A stretch of DNA of 64,000 bases from Candidatus Bathyarchaeia archaeon (GTDB lineage: Archaea > Thermoproteota > Bathyarchaeia > Bathyarchaeales > Bathycorpusculaceae). The notes beneath the pieces were generated by a model. The model was given only the letters and a program-made list of their open reading frames with translations, did not search any database and had not been told where the DNA came from. The stretch is from contig JAVZNE010000002.1 of assembly GCA_038882975.1 (NCBI GenBank), forward strand, positions 1 to 64,000, in the 5' to 3' direction. The translations under genes were made by a program, and so were the position numbers. Of the stretch, positions 36,064 through 46,634 are shown in pieces; position 1 is the stretch's first letter, and every line of letters starts with the position of its first letter.

Positions 36064-37149
36064 ATGAATGCTTTAACCCGTATAATTGAGAATTGCACTG
36101 AATGCCAACTCTGCGTCCAAGAATGCCCTTTTCTTTTGAAGCATAATAAAACACCCAAAAAAATAGCTGAGGAACTTGCAGAAAGTGTTGATGAAAGCAA
36201 AAATTATGTTATGGAATGTTTTTTATGTGGCTTATGTCAGGCGGTCTGCCCCCTAGATTTAGATTTCCCTCAAGTTATTTCGCATGCACGACAAAAACTG
36301 GCATGGAAGACCGCCAAAAACCCATGCTACAAGCTTTCCCTACCTGACGAGCCTCTCTTTTTCCCAACAGCATATAGGTTACATAAAAACTGGCGATATG
36401 ATTCATTAAGAAAGAAATCTTTTAAGTATGCTTTTTTCCCAGGATGCGCCATGTCTTGTTATTCTCCTGAAGCCACCGTGAAAGTCTACGAAAAGCTTGC
36501 AGAAAGATTCAATGATGTAGGTTTAGTTGATCAATGTTGCGGTAAACCGCTAGCTGACGTGGGCTTACAAGAGAGAGCTTCAAAATGGCTTGAGCGGCTA
36601 GAATCCTATATGAAAGAGCATGGTTGCACAGATATCATAACTGCCTGCCCCATGTGTTATTACTATTTGCAGTCCATGTTTCAAGGCGAATTTCATATCC
36701 TTACAATCTACGAAGTTTTACGGGATTCTTTCAAAGAAAGTATGCGAACAATAGATTTAAAAGTCACAGTTCACGACAGCTGCCCAGACAGATTTAAAGG
36801 AATTTTCGCCAGACAGATTAGAGAAATGTTCGGAAATAATCAGCTTGTAGAAATGCCCCACCACAAAGAAAAGTCTGTGTGTTGCGGGGCTGGAGGGTTG
36901 GTCTCATGTGTAGACCCGAACCTTACAGCCGCTTCCTCAATGACTAGGGTTAGCGAGTTCCTGGAGTCTGGAGCTGATTTAATGGTTGTTTACTGTTACA
37001 CGTGCGCACAAGTGTTTTGGGCTTCTCAGCCCATGATGCAAACAAAACATGTTATAGATTTAGCCCTAAAAACTCAAGACGCGTCGGAAAACGTTAAGAG
37101 TTTGGAAGTTGGCAGGTTTGCAGAGAAGTTGTTGATGGGGAAAATGTAA
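36064..37149 (+). CDS. HdrD/GlpC-like Fe-S oxidoreductase with CCG domains
   Basis: CTECQLCVQECP, CFLCGLCQAVCP, FPGC, CCG, CPMC, HDSC, CCGAGG. Confidence 0.85.
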   Translation: MNALTRIIENCTECQLCVQECPFLLKHNKTPKKIAEELAESVDESKNYVMECFLCGLCQAVCPLDLDFPQVISHARQKLAWKTAKNPCYKLSLPDEPLFFPTAYRLHKNWRYDSLRKKSFKYAFFPGCAMSCYSPEATVKVYEKLAERFNDVGLVDQCCGKPLADVGLQERASKWLERLESYMKEHGCTDIITACPMCYYYLQSMFQGEFHILTIYEVLRDSFKESMRTIDLKVTVHDSCPDRFKGIFARQIREMFGNNQLVEMPHHKEKSVCCGAGGLVSCVDPNLTAASSMTRVSEFLESGADLMVVYCYTCAQVFWASQPMMQTKHVIDLALKTQDASENVKSLEVGRFAEKLLMGKM

Positions 37150-37183
37150 TTTTAGCCATAAAACCTCTCTTAGCGTTTAAAGG

Positions 37184-37648
37184 TCACCATGGAATCCCTA
37201 AAGGATAGTATGGATCGTTATAGCGTAAAGCTTTGCTCATGCAGTGTTTTACACAGAAGGGCGTTTCCAAGTTTTTGTCCATGCACATATCGCATTTCTC
37301 GATTTTTCCAGTTTCTGGGTTAAGCCATATAGCGTGAATTGGACAAGCCTCTATGCATTTTCCACATCCATTGCACAAATCCTTGTTGACGGTTACGATG
37401 CCGTTGTTTCGCTTTTTTAAGGCCTCCGTAGGACAAGCGTCTACACATTTGGGCTTTTCACATTGCGTGCAACGAACTATCCTAAACTTCACCGTCAATT
37501 TTCCATTCTTATTATAATGCGGCCCGTTTCTCTCAACTTTGATTCGGAAAACTCCGGCTGGTAAGTTGTTGATTTGCTTGCAGGCAACCTCACATGAATG
37601 ACACCCAACACAAAGTTGTGGGTTCACCGCCAAATTCTTATTTGCCAT
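37184..37648 (-). CDS. 4Fe-4S dicluster subunit (DmsB-like)
   Basis: CVGCHSCEVACK, CTQCEKPKCVDACP, CNGCGKCIEACP, KCDMC. Confidence 0.9.
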   Translation of the reverse strand: MANKNLAVNPQLCVGCHSCEVACKQINNLPAGVFRIKVERNGPHYNKNGKLTVKFRIVRCTQCEKPKCVDACPTEALKKRNNGIVTVNKDLCNGCGKCIEACPIHAIWLNPETGKIEKCDMCMDKNLETPFCVKHCMSKALRYNDPYYPLGIPW

Positions 37649-37650
37649 GT

Positions 37651-39810
37651 TCAATCCTCCGCCTTGTAAATTTTGCAAAGACGCCCCCTCATAACCGATG
37701 TTCCAACTATGGGTTCATAGCCATAGGCAGGTTTCAGTGGCATTATAACGTTTATGTTAGGTTCAAAAGTTTTCTTCTCATATGTTCTCTCCTCCGGATA
37801 CCACCATAAAGCTTGAGCGGACACAACTTGTGGATGAATGCCATAAGTTAGCGCAGCCTTCATCTTTACACGCCCATCGATGTTAGGAGTTTCAATGTAA
37901 ACCCAGTCTCCATCTTTAACGCCAAGTTTCTCGGCTGTTTCAGGGTGAATTTCAACCAAGGGATCGGGTAAAAGCTCCCGCAAGTAGGGAATGTTATGGC
38001 CCATAGTCTGATAAGAGGATATGTGTCTCGCACCCGTTATCAGTATCAGCGGGTATTCCATCGTCAGTTCAGGGGTTGAGTATGGGCTTTCTGGAGGCTC
38101 AACATAGTTTGGCAGTGGGTCATATCCGTACTTTTCGAGAAGAGTTGAATATAACTCGCACTTGCCCGTGGGGGTTTTAAAACCAGGCTTGCCGTCTTCC
38201 CGAAACATGCCTTTTTTATATCTTTCTTCAACAACTTTGGAGAACACATACCCTTTTTCCTTAAACTCCTCGAAAGTCATGCCTAACTCCTTTAGGCGAT
38301 GGTCCAAAAACTCTTTATAAGAGGATACTGAAAAGGGAGGTTTAAGGCCCATCCTTTTTATGAGCTCGAAGAGCACCTCGTTGTCGTCTCTACATTCACT
38401 AATGGGCTCTATGGCCTTTTGACGCGCTGCTATAAAGCGTGTGTAGCAAAACGCGTCACATATATCATCGCACTCGAGATATGTTGCTGAAGGTAAAACA
38501 TAATCTGCAAGCTCAGCGGTTGGCGTCATGAAGAAATCCATCACAACCAGTAATTCTAAATTTTTAAAAGCTTCAATGACCTTTCTGCTGTCTTCAAAGC
38601 TTACGGCGAGATTAGAGGTTGCGATCAAAGCTTTAACTGGATAGGGCTTCCCAGTCAACATGGCTTCAATAACGCTTGGCGGATGGGTTAGACATCTAAA
38701 AGAGTCAGGCCCAGAAAGTAGTGGATAATTTTCAGCTCCTATGGCTTTTTTCTCTATTTCCCTGTTTAAGCGTAGCTGCCTTTTAATGTTCATGTAGGTG
38801 AGTTTTATTGGATAGTTTGGGATCTCTGCTCCTCCTTTTACATCCAGGTTGCCAGTTATAGCCACCATAATTGACAACGCCCTACTGGCTTGCACTGAAT
38901 TGTAGCTCATCGACACTCCGAGGTGAGACTGAAGCGACGCTGGTTTTGAGGTGGCATAAACTTCAGCCGCCCTAATTATTTCTTCTTTGGGCACCCAAGT
39001 GATTTCTTCAACCTTTTCTGGTGGATATCCTTGAACTCTCTTAGCTAATTCGTCAAAACCGTAACACCACTTTTCCACAAAATCAGCGTCGTAAAGTTTC
39101 CGGTTTATTATAACGTTAAGCATGCCGAGAGCGAGAGCGCCGTCGGTCCCGGGTCTAACTTGCAACCAAATATCTGCCATTGCTGCCAACTCGGTTAAAC
39201 GCGGATCCACAACTATGAGCTTCGCCCCTTTACTCTTGGCTTCAATAATTTTCTTTCCCAGTGGTGGATAAGTATGCAGAGGATTGAAGCCCCACAAGAC
39301 TATGCATTTGCTTTTTCTGTAATCTGGCACCCCAAGTTCGCATGTATACACCTCTCCACATGTGAGCAGGTCAGCTGTTAGGTGGGGGGTGTAACAGTAG
39401 TGGCAATTCCCAATTAGTTGGTTAGGAGAGCCCAACGCGGCTAGAAATAAACTTAATCCAATGGCCACCCTTTTTGGGTAAGTTCCATAAGAAACCGCAA
39501 TGGCCTGAGACCCATACTCGTTTTTTATCCTTAAAAACTCCCTACTTATATCGTTTAAAGCCTCTTCCCACGTTATGCATTTCCACAGTCCCTCTCCCCT
39601 TGCTCCAGCCCTTTTAAGGGGATACCTTAATCTTTCCGGATGATAAACTAGTTGCAGGAAGGATAAGCCTTTAGGACACATGTAACCTTCATTCAAGGGA
39701 TGTTGTGGGTCGCCTTCAATCCTAAAGGCTTTTCCGTTTTCGTCAACGTGAACTAGAACTCCACATTCGCACATGCAACCTCCACATACAGTCCTTACAA
39801 TTCTAGTCAT
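37651..39810 (-). CDS. Mo/W-bis-PGD oxidoreductase, acetylene-hydratase-like clade (Cys ligand)
   Basis: CGGCMCEC...CPKG Fe-S motif, HYCYTP putative Cys ligand, VVDPR, PGTD, TGKCEL, molydop-binding C-terminus. Confidence 0.88.
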   Translation of the reverse strand: MTRIVRTVCGGCMCECGVLVHVDENGKAFRIEGDPQHPLNEGYMCPKGLSFLQLVYHPERLRYPLKRAGARGEGLWKCITWEEALNDISREFLRIKNEYGSQAIAVSYGTYPKRVAIGLSLFLAALGSPNQLIGNCHYCYTPHLTADLLTCGEVYTCELGVPDYRKSKCIVLWGFNPLHTYPPLGKKIIEAKSKGAKLIVVDPRLTELAAMADIWLQVRPGTDGALALGMLNVIINRKLYDADFVEKWCYGFDELAKRVQGYPPEKVEEITWVPKEEIIRAAEVYATSKPASLQSHLGVSMSYNSVQASRALSIMVAITGNLDVKGGAEIPNYPIKLTYMNIKRQLRLNREIEKKAIGAENYPLLSGPDSFRCLTHPPSVIEAMLTGKPYPVKALIATSNLAVSFEDSRKVIEAFKNLELLVVMDFFMTPTAELADYVLPSATYLECDDICDAFCYTRFIAARQKAIEPISECRDDNEVLFELIKRMGLKPPFSVSSYKEFLDHRLKELGMTFEEFKEKGYVFSKVVEERYKKGMFREDGKPGFKTPTGKCELYSTLLEKYGYDPLPNYVEPPESPYSTPELTMEYPLILITGARHISSYQTMGHNIPYLRELLPDPLVEIHPETAEKLGVKDGDWVYIETPNIDGRVKMKAALTYGIHPQVVSAQALWWYPEERTYEKKTFEPNINVIMPLKPAYGYEPIVGTSVMRGRLCKIYKAED

Positions 39811-39981
39811 AAAGGGCCCTCTTCGAAGAAAACACCTTAACGACAGTAGGTGATATATCCCTTTCTTTACCTCCAACTTAAATAATGCTTATAGGATTAT
39901 AGGGCTAAGCATCATTTAAGCATGCGTTTGATAAATGGTCGGATTGGGTTTAAAAAGAGGAGAATGAGACTTGGTTTATGT

Positions 39982-42546
39982 TTATGACCTATTCGCTGGG
40001 AACTGCATGAAAGGTACAAGGCCTACTGCTCTGTATACCTTGCATAGGAGGGCTCTGTTCTGCCAAGAGCCCGTGTAGGGGTCTAGGGTTTCAAGGTCAT
40101 CTGGTACGAGCACATTTGTATTGGATATCCAATTGCCGTACCACCAGTATTTGTCGCCGGGAAGCTCGGGATACCACCAGCTGGCTTCAGCATTTACAAC
40201 CTTGGGATGTATGGCGCTTGATATTTTGGCTTTCATAAGGATTTTGCCTCTTTTGGTTTCTATCCAAACCCATTCGCCTTCAGCTATGCCAAGCTCCCGT
40301 GCTGTCTCGGGGTGTATTTCAACCAGCGGGTCAGGATGCTGTTCCCGCATCCCCATGCCCCATTGTCTCAGCTCAGAGTGGAATTGTGGCCTAAACCTTC
40401 CACCAGTTGTGAGTATTAATGGGTATTCTTTGGCTAGCTCCGGTTGCGTTACTGGACTTTCATATGGCTCAATATAGTACGGAAGAGGACTCTTTCCTAA
40501 CTGTTTAAATATCGTCACCCAAATTTCAGCTCTGCCAGTAGGAGTACCGAAACCTCTTGGTCTGCCAGTGTTCGGATTAATGTGCTCATAGCTCCTCGGT
40601 GTCCATGTAGCTATTACGTATAAGTCCTTTGCCTCTTCGAGCGTAAAACCTATTGGCTCCAATCTTGCATTATCAGCCTCTTCCAGAGTTTCCCATGGAA
40701 AAGCGTCTCTCCACTTCTCTTCTGGAAGCAGTCTTTTTGCAAGCTCTCTGAAAATCCAGTATTCATCTTTTCTTTCGCCTAAAGGTTCGATTGCCTTTTC
40801 CCAAACCGTTAATCCAGGATGGAAGTCTTCAAAAGTGGCTACGTAGGGTCTTTCAAGGGACTTCGTTGCAGCTGGCAACACATAGTCTGCAAAGGTGCAT
40901 GATGGATTCATCCACCTATCTATTACAACTGTTAATTCTAAATTAGGGCTGCTTAATGCTTGATAAACGAGTTTAGTATTGGGAGCCCACACAGCAGGAT
41001 TTCCAGCCCATATTATTAGACTCTTGACTGGATACGGTTTACCGGAGATTATTGCTCGAGCTAAAACTGGCCAGTTAACACCAAACATGTGGCCTGAAAC
41101 ACACGGGTTGATTCTCCAAACCCTTTTGTAGTGAGGCTTTACTAGGTCGAACATGGGCCAAGCCATTATTGGAAATATGTCCGCTCCAAGCTGTTTCTTC
41201 TTCATTTCAGGTGAAAGATGATCTTGATAGTCCAGCAAAGCCTCCCTCAGAAACATTCTCCCGCCTATCTCTGGGCCTGGCTGCGTCATGATGTCCCCGC
41301 CGACCACATCTAAGTTTCCTGTGAGAATTCTTAACATGCAGCGGGCTATTTCAACAGACATCGAAGCTCTACCAAGCTGATCTGGGGCTACGCCCCTATA
41401 CATACATGCAGGCTTTGTTGTAGCATAAAGCCTAGCTGACTCCACTAAGAGTTTCTCTGGAACCCACGTAACCTCAGACATCTTTTCTGGAGGATACTCC
41501 ATAACCCTTTCCTTGAGGGCTGTGAAAGCAGTTTTACATTCAACAGTCTGACCGTCAACAGTCTCCACTTTGAAGTACCCTTCCGACTCAACTTTAACAT
41601 CCTCATCTGGAATAGGCTCACCGCCCAGCGTGTAGAATTGCTGCATCACCGGATCCCATATGACTGGACCCCTCTTTTTGTCTATAGCCACGTATCTGTC
41701 ATCTCTGCCGCCTTTAACAATGTCTTTTTCCGTGAGCCACCAATCTTTATCTATTCTAAGCAACAATGGTCCGTTGGACCACCTTTCAATAAACCCTTGG
41801 TCATACAGCTTCTCTTTAAGTATGACATACATCCATGCTAAGAAAACCCCAGCGTCCGTTCCAGGCCTCAGCTGAAGCCAATAATCCGCCACTCTAGCCT
41901 CTTCAGTGAACCTCGGATCCAACACTATGAGGTGAACTTCCTCCCCGCTTGCCTTCCGCCTCATTATGTTGTTCCATTGTTGTGGAAGCGACTCCGAAGG
42001 ATGCCGGCTGTCCAGAACTATACATTTTGAATTGGCTATGTCCGGTGTATGTGTATTGTTACCGTAAATGCAGTACTGCATGGAAACGTCGCATGTGGAG
42101 CATATGGTTCCGGGCGAAGAAATATTGCCGGGGTTGCCTATCGCAAACGCAAACCTAGATCTTGCCCAATAAAGGTCGCTTCTATAAGTTCCTTCAATGA
42201 AGGCTATGCACTCAGGCCCATACTTATCAATAAGCTCTCTAAGTTTGGCAGCGATTTCATCCAATGCTTGATTCCACGATATTCTTTGCCATTGTCCCGA
42301 CCCTCTTTCGCCGATACGTTTAAGTGGATACTTAAGTTGATCAGGATGGTAAATGAAGTCAACCATGTGACGTATTCTCTCTTCACATACAAATCCACGG
42401 CTCACAGGATGCTCCGGATTACCTGTGACCTTCACAAGACGCCCAGTCTTTTTATCCACGTAAGCCAGCAGACCGCAACGGCACCAACACCCTGGCTCAC
42501 CACTGTGACAGCCGATTTTTTTAACTTCGAGTTCCTCTTCAGACAT
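39982..42546 (-). CDS. Mo/W-bis-PGD oxidoreductase, acetylene-hydratase/catechol-dehydroxylase-like clade
   Basis: CHSGEPGCWCRCG...C N-terminus, GTICSTC, LDPR, PGTD, GTPTGRAE, WWYPE. Confidence 0.88.
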   Translation of the reverse strand: MSEEELEVKKIGCHSGEPGCWCRCGLLAYVDKKTGRLVKVTGNPEHPVSRGFVCEERIRHMVDFIYHPDQLKYPLKRIGERGSGQWQRISWNQALDEIAAKLRELIDKYGPECIAFIEGTYRSDLYWARSRFAFAIGNPGNISSPGTICSTCDVSMQYCIYGNNTHTPDIANSKCIVLDSRHPSESLPQQWNNIMRRKASGEEVHLIVLDPRFTEEARVADYWLQLRPGTDAGVFLAWMYVILKEKLYDQGFIERWSNGPLLLRIDKDWWLTEKDIVKGGRDDRYVAIDKKRGPVIWDPVMQQFYTLGGEPIPDEDVKVESEGYFKVETVDGQTVECKTAFTALKERVMEYPPEKMSEVTWVPEKLLVESARLYATTKPACMYRGVAPDQLGRASMSVEIARCMLRILTGNLDVVGGDIMTQPGPEIGGRMFLREALLDYQDHLSPEMKKKQLGADIFPIMAWPMFDLVKPHYKRVWRINPCVSGHMFGVNWPVLARAIISGKPYPVKSLIIWAGNPAVWAPNTKLVYQALSSPNLELTVVIDRWMNPSCTFADYVLPAATKSLERPYVATFEDFHPGLTVWEKAIEPLGERKDEYWIFRELAKRLLPEEKWRDAFPWETLEEADNARLEPIGFTLEEAKDLYVIATWTPRSYEHINPNTGRPRGFGTPTGRAEIWVTIFKQLGKSPLPYYIEPYESPVTQPELAKEYPLILTTGGRFRPQFHSELRQWGMGMREQHPDPLVEIHPETARELGIAEGEWVWIETKRGKILMKAKISSAIHPKVVNAEASWWYPELPGDKYWWYGNWISNTNVLVPDDLETLDPYTGSWQNRALLCKVYRAVGLVPFMQFPANRS

Positions 42547-42947
42547 GAGAATATTCTCCTTAAAGAAGAGAAGGTGTGGCACCAGTTAATAAAAAAATTT
42601 CGGTAACATCTAGTTCTAATTTAAATGGTGCTTTATGATTCTAGGCATTGTAAAAATTAAATTATGAAGCCAACAGAACCATTTCGAGGTATAGTGTTGT
42701 CCGCTCGTCTAGGATGGATATGCTGTTTACGGGAGATGGTGTTAACCTTTGTCTTGGTTTGCTTTATGCGTAGGGAGCTTTCCAAACGGTTTTGAGAAAT
42801 GAACCATTTTCATGGACCACGACTCAAACACAGATACCATACATAGCATAGCTGCAGTTTACGTGTCTCCCTTAACAATGTACCTGCTAGAGAACCTTGG
42901 TGCAGTTAAAGTTAAAATTTATTTGTTTCCCTTATGGAATGTACTTT

Positions 42948-44345
42948 ATGGATGCTCTCGCCGAAACGAATAGCCTCTGCCCAGAGTGCCTCCAAGTCGT
43001 TCCTGCTAAGATAACCACTGACGGTGCAAGAGTTTACATAGAGAAATTTTGCGGACAGCATGGAAAAACAACAGCCTTAATATGGAGTGACCTTAAACTC
43101 TACACACGGGCACTGCGTTTTTCTAGACCGGGTAAACCAGCTAAACCCCATATTAAAAACATTGTTAGAGGTTGCCCCTTTGACTGTGGCCTTTGCCCTT
43201 CTCATAGGCAACATACATGCCTAGCTATATTAGAGGTTACAGACGCTTGCAACCTTTTATGTCCAGTATGCCTCGCGGATTCAAAAAGCATTCCTAAATG
43301 GAACCCAACAATCGAAGACTTTGAAATGATGCTTAAAGAACTTTTAAGGTGCGAGGGCAAACCCACTGCCATTCAGCTGTCAGGAGGAGAACCAACAATT
43401 AGAAAAGACCTCCTTGACATAGTAGGGTTGTGTAAGGATTTAGGCTTTAAGTTGATTGAGATAGACACAAATGGCATAGAGCTGGCGAAAAATCCAAGTC
43501 TAGCTAAAGATTTAGCAGATATTGAAATCAGCGGAATATACTTGCAATTTGATGGTTTATTCCGGGAAGTTTATCAAATAATCAGGGGGCGTGATTTAAC
43601 AAAAATTAAGGAAAAAGCTATTAAAAACTGTTTAAACGCGGGTTTGAGCGTAACCTTGGCAGTAACCGTTATAAAAGGCGTTAACGAGCATCATCTGTGG
43701 GATATAATTAAATACGCGGTGTCAAGGAAAGCCATAGGAGTTAACTTCCAACCTTTTGCCGCTCTTGGGAGATATCCGTTAACCCTATTTAACCCATTAA
43801 ATAGGACAACTATAAGTGATGTACAAATAGGGATTGAACAACAAAGCTGCGGAAAAGTTAAAGCTGTCGATTTCATGCCAGTGCCGTGTCCCGACCCAAG
43901 ATGTTCATCGCTATTATACGCCTATTACCGCACAAACAGAGAGCTACACACAATGAACACGCTTGCTGACATGGAGCAATTAATAGATAAATATTCACTC
44001 AAAAATGAGTTCATAGAGTTTGACAAGCTGTTAAAGGCTGTAGCCGATGAGCTCAATATTTCAAATACCTTCCTTAGAAAATTCAAACCTCAAGCAATCG
44101 GTTCACCCCTCAGACTCTTACTAGAATATTTGAAGCCGGAAGGCTTCTTTTCCGTAGGGTGCCACTTCGCCCAAGACGCTTGGACAGTTAATTTAGAAAG
44201 ACTATCAAAGTGCTGTGTCCACGAATTGAGGGAAAACGGAAGACTTGTACCATTCTGTCTCTACAATATTACATCCACGGATGGTGAAAAGCTGTACAGA
44301 AACAGCGATTTATTCCTTAGATCATCTGGAGTTCGACGGGTATAG
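42948..44345 (+). CDS. Radical SAM protein of the MJ0619/Tes-related family
   Basis: SLCPEC..FCGQHG, GCPFDCGLC, CNLLCPVC, SGGEP, YLQFDG, CCVH..VPFC. Confidence 0.8.
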   Translation: MDALAETNSLCPECLQVVPAKITTDGARVYIEKFCGQHGKTTALIWSDLKLYTRALRFSRPGKPAKPHIKNIVRGCPFDCGLCPSHRQHTCLAILEVTDACNLLCPVCLADSKSIPKWNPTIEDFEMMLKELLRCEGKPTAIQLSGGEPTIRKDLLDIVGLCKDLGFKLIEIDTNGIELAKNPSLAKDLADIEISGIYLQFDGLFREVYQIIRGRDLTKIKEKAIKNCLNAGLSVTLAVTVIKGVNEHHLWDIIKYAVSRKAIGVNFQPFAALGRYPLTLFNPLNRTTISDVQIGIEQQSCGKVKAVDFMPVPCPDPRCSSLLYAYYRTNRELHTMNTLADMEQLIDKYSLKNEFIEFDKLLKAVADELNISNTFLRKFKPQAIGSPLRLLLEYLKPEGFFSVGCHFAQDAWTVNLERLSKCCVHELRENGRLVPFCLYNITSTDGEKLYRNSDLFLRSSGVRRV

Positions 44346-44589
44346 GTGACTGTTGATTTATACAGTTAATTATCGCGTTAAAGTTTGGATTTTCACCTGA
44401 AAGATTAAGTTTGCCGCCTGAAAGCTTAACGATGAAATCCTTGGCGCATTGTTTGAAAGTCATGACGAAAGTGGCATAAATCATCGGTTCAAGTTTAGGC
44501 TCCGTCGTTATTTCATAATTTGTCTCAGCAACCTTTTTAACAACCACCAGAAGTTTTGGGGGTAAATTTGATCTCGGTAAGAATATCAT
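44317..44589 (-). CDS. Hypothetical protein
   Basis: 90-aa ORF with ATG and upstream GAGGT. Confidence 0.5.
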   Translation of the reverse strand: MIFLPRSNLPPKLLVVVKKVAETNYEITTEPKLEPMIYATFVMTFKQCAKDFIVKLSGGKLNLSGENPNFNAIINCINQQSPIPVELQMI

Positions 44590-44760
44590 GCTGAAACCTC
44601 TCAGCTAAAAAGTAAATGATCAAATTAAAGCTTTTCGCATTTATACCAGTGCTTCAATATTTTCGTCTAGGTGTTGGAGGAATAGGCGTTCAGACTGAAA
44701 AATAAACCTTACTGAAAATTAAATATCGCCTTGATTAGAAAATAAGCAAAGGGAGAAGAA

Positions 44761-45108
44761 ATGTCTGCCATATTGTGTCCCAAAATTAAACTGTGGTTTG
44801 TCAATGAAAATAATGAGCCCATATTAGGCGAAGGCCTTGCGAGGCTATTAGAAGCCATTGAAAAGTACGGCTCCATCACTCAGGCGTCATCAAATTTAAA
44901 TATGTCCTATCGATACGCTCTTCACAGAATTTCCCTTGCAGAGAAACGCTTAGGGTTTAAACTTGTCCAGAGACATCGCGGCGGGGTTTTGGGAGGTTCT
45001 TCAGAATTGACGACTAAAGGAAAGGTGCTTCTTGAAAAGTATGAAAAACTAGAAAAGGAAGTGGCTAAATTCCTAAAAACTGGGAGGCATAGATTTAAAA
45101 TTAGATAG
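44761..45108 (+). CDS. modE: ModE-family winged-helix regulator (DNA-binding domain only)
   Basis: LGEGLARLLEAIEKYGSITQAS..MSYR..RGGVLGGSSELT. Confidence 0.85.
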   Translation: MSAILCPKIKLWFVNENNEPILGEGLARLLEAIEKYGSITQASSNLNMSYRYALHRISLAEKRLGFKLVQRHRGGVLGGSSELTTKGKVLLEKYEKLEKEVAKFLKTGRHRFKIR

Positions 45109-45126
45109 CATATTTCTGTTAAACTC

Positions 45127-45921
45127 TTAAAGTTGCTTAGGTCTAATTATTATTTGCTGGCAAGCGTTTTTGAAACCTGGAGTCCCGCCTCCCTCTGAGA
45201 CCACTTGTAGAACTTTATTGCTATCTGTGATTCTTATACCACCTATGATTGTAACACCGCGCTTGAAAAGAGGATCTGGAAACATATTCGCTGTTGGACC
45301 TACAAGGGCTACTTCTTTTGCAGTTTTAGAAAGTTCCAAGAGATGATCTATGGTTCCATTGGCTAAAGTTGTTCCAGTGATTATGGCAATGGTGGCTTGC
45401 GGGAGGATTTCATCGGCTGCTGTGTCTGGAAAAACGTTTGCCTCACGCATCCTCGGGTTTCTTTCTAATATGAAAATTTTTCTGGTTTTCTCCATGATTT
45501 TTGGGATGAAGGGATGAATATTTCCTACAAGGACAACTGTATCATTTCGCCTGATTTTAAGTTGATCGATAAGGTCTCCTTCAGCAATCACGTATCTATC
45601 CAGATTTTTCTCCATAGCCAGCTGAGATAGGGCGTTTAAAGCTGCTACGCCTACGACGGCCTCGCTTAAATCCCATGATAAAGATAATTCAGCGATTTTT
45701 ATGGCAGAGCTGCCGGCTAAGGTTCCGGCTTTTCTCCAAATTTGGCAGCAATTTGGCGCTATTTCGCTGCTGAAAGTGTAACATAATCCTACATGTCCCG
45801 TACTCAGTTGAACTGCAGTATAACCCAATCCAATAAGAACCCTTTTGGCTTGTATCGCATTTATATCCTCAATTTGAGCCTTAACAAAGTGCAATAATTC
45901 TCTGATTATTTTTCCCGGCAC
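45127..45921 (-). CDS. DUF4213/DUF364 Rossmann-like protein
   Basis: GVAALNAL, VG..HP, ITGTTLANGTI, VGPT. Confidence 0.8.
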   Translation of the reverse strand: MPGKIIRELLHFVKAQIEDINAIQAKRVLIGLGYTAVQLSTGHVGLCYTFSSEIAPNCCQIWRKAGTLAGSSAIKIAELSLSWDLSEAVVGVAALNALSQLAMEKNLDRYVIAEGDLIDQLKIRRNDTVVLVGNIHPFIPKIMEKTRKIFILERNPRMREANVFPDTAADEILPQATIAIITGTTLANGTIDHLLELSKTAKEVALVGPTANMFPDPLFKRGVTIIGGIRITDSNKVLQVVSEGGGTPGFKNACQQIIIRPKQL

Positions 45922-45974
45922 GACGGAAACCTCAAGGTTGGATTTTCGGTTAGAAGGAATATTAAAGCTTTTAT

Positions 45975-46002
45975 ATCGATGTTACAAATTTATAATATCG
46001 CT
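45975..46002. promoter_or_regulatory. Candidate ModE-binding palindrome
   Basis: ATCGATGTTA-N8-TAATATCGCT; CG-to-CG span of 24 nt, as in the ModE consensus ATCGNTATATA-N6-TATATANCGAT; lies between divergent genes near modE. Confidence 0.5.
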
Positions 46003-46029
46003 TTAAGCCAAAATCAACAACACAAGGGG

Positions 46030-46614
46030 ATGAAAGGAATGGAAGAAGTAAAGTTGGCTGAGATGCTTCATGGACATCTATCTCCGGGAGTTGCTCTCGG
46101 GATTCGAATGGGACAAATTGGGTTAGAAAAGTTGAACCTTTCGAAGGGGGATAAAAGGCTTTTCGCCGTCGTCGAAACAGCGCTGTGCTTGGCTGACGGC
46201 GTTCAAGTAAGCACTGGATGCACGCCCGGGCACTCCTCTTTATGCGTTAAAGATTTCGGAAAACTCGCCGTCTGCATAGCTAGATCAGATACAAAGGAGG
46301 GGGTGCGATTGTCTCTGAAGCATGAACGTGTACCCTCGACGGTTGAGGACTGGATTATGCGCAGGAGAAAGTTTAGCCACGATGAGGAGGAGAAAGTTGT
46401 CAGAGAAATACTACGTTTAGACGAGGCGTTTTTTCATGTAGAGCATGTGGCCGTTGAACCGTTCTCGAATTTTGAAGAAGCAACAATAGTAAAGTGCGAC
46501 GCATGTAGTGAATGGGTTGTTGAAACAAAAACGGTCAAAGCTAAGGAAAAAATCCTTTGTAAATCATGCAGCGGTGCAAGATACTACCAGCCACTTAAAC
46601 CTTCCAGCAAATAG
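46030..46614 (+). CDS. FmdE family protein with C-terminal Zn finger
   Basis: HGHLSPGVALG, CLADGVQ..GCTPG, CDAC..CKSC. Confidence 0.88.
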   Translation: MKGMEEVKLAEMLHGHLSPGVALGIRMGQIGLEKLNLSKGDKRLFAVVETALCLADGVQVSTGCTPGHSSLCVKDFGKLAVCIARSDTKEGVRLSLKHERVPSTVEDWIMRRRKFSHDEEEKVVREILRLDEAFFHVEHVAVEPFSNFEEATIVKCDACSEWVVETKTVKAKEKILCKSCSGARYYQPLKPSSK

Positions 46615-46634
46615 AACTTTGAGGAGGTTAAGAG

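Noticed and set aside
37651-39810. Calling this enzyme acetylene hydratase
   Set aside because: The catalytic Asp next to the second Fe-S Cys is replaced by Met; only clade-level similarity is supported.
42600-42900. Intergenic stretch with a TTTGAG/CTCAAA inverted repeat and faint resemblance to a decayed oxidoreductase start
   Set aside because: The IR is only 6 bp and no frame gives a convincing motif.
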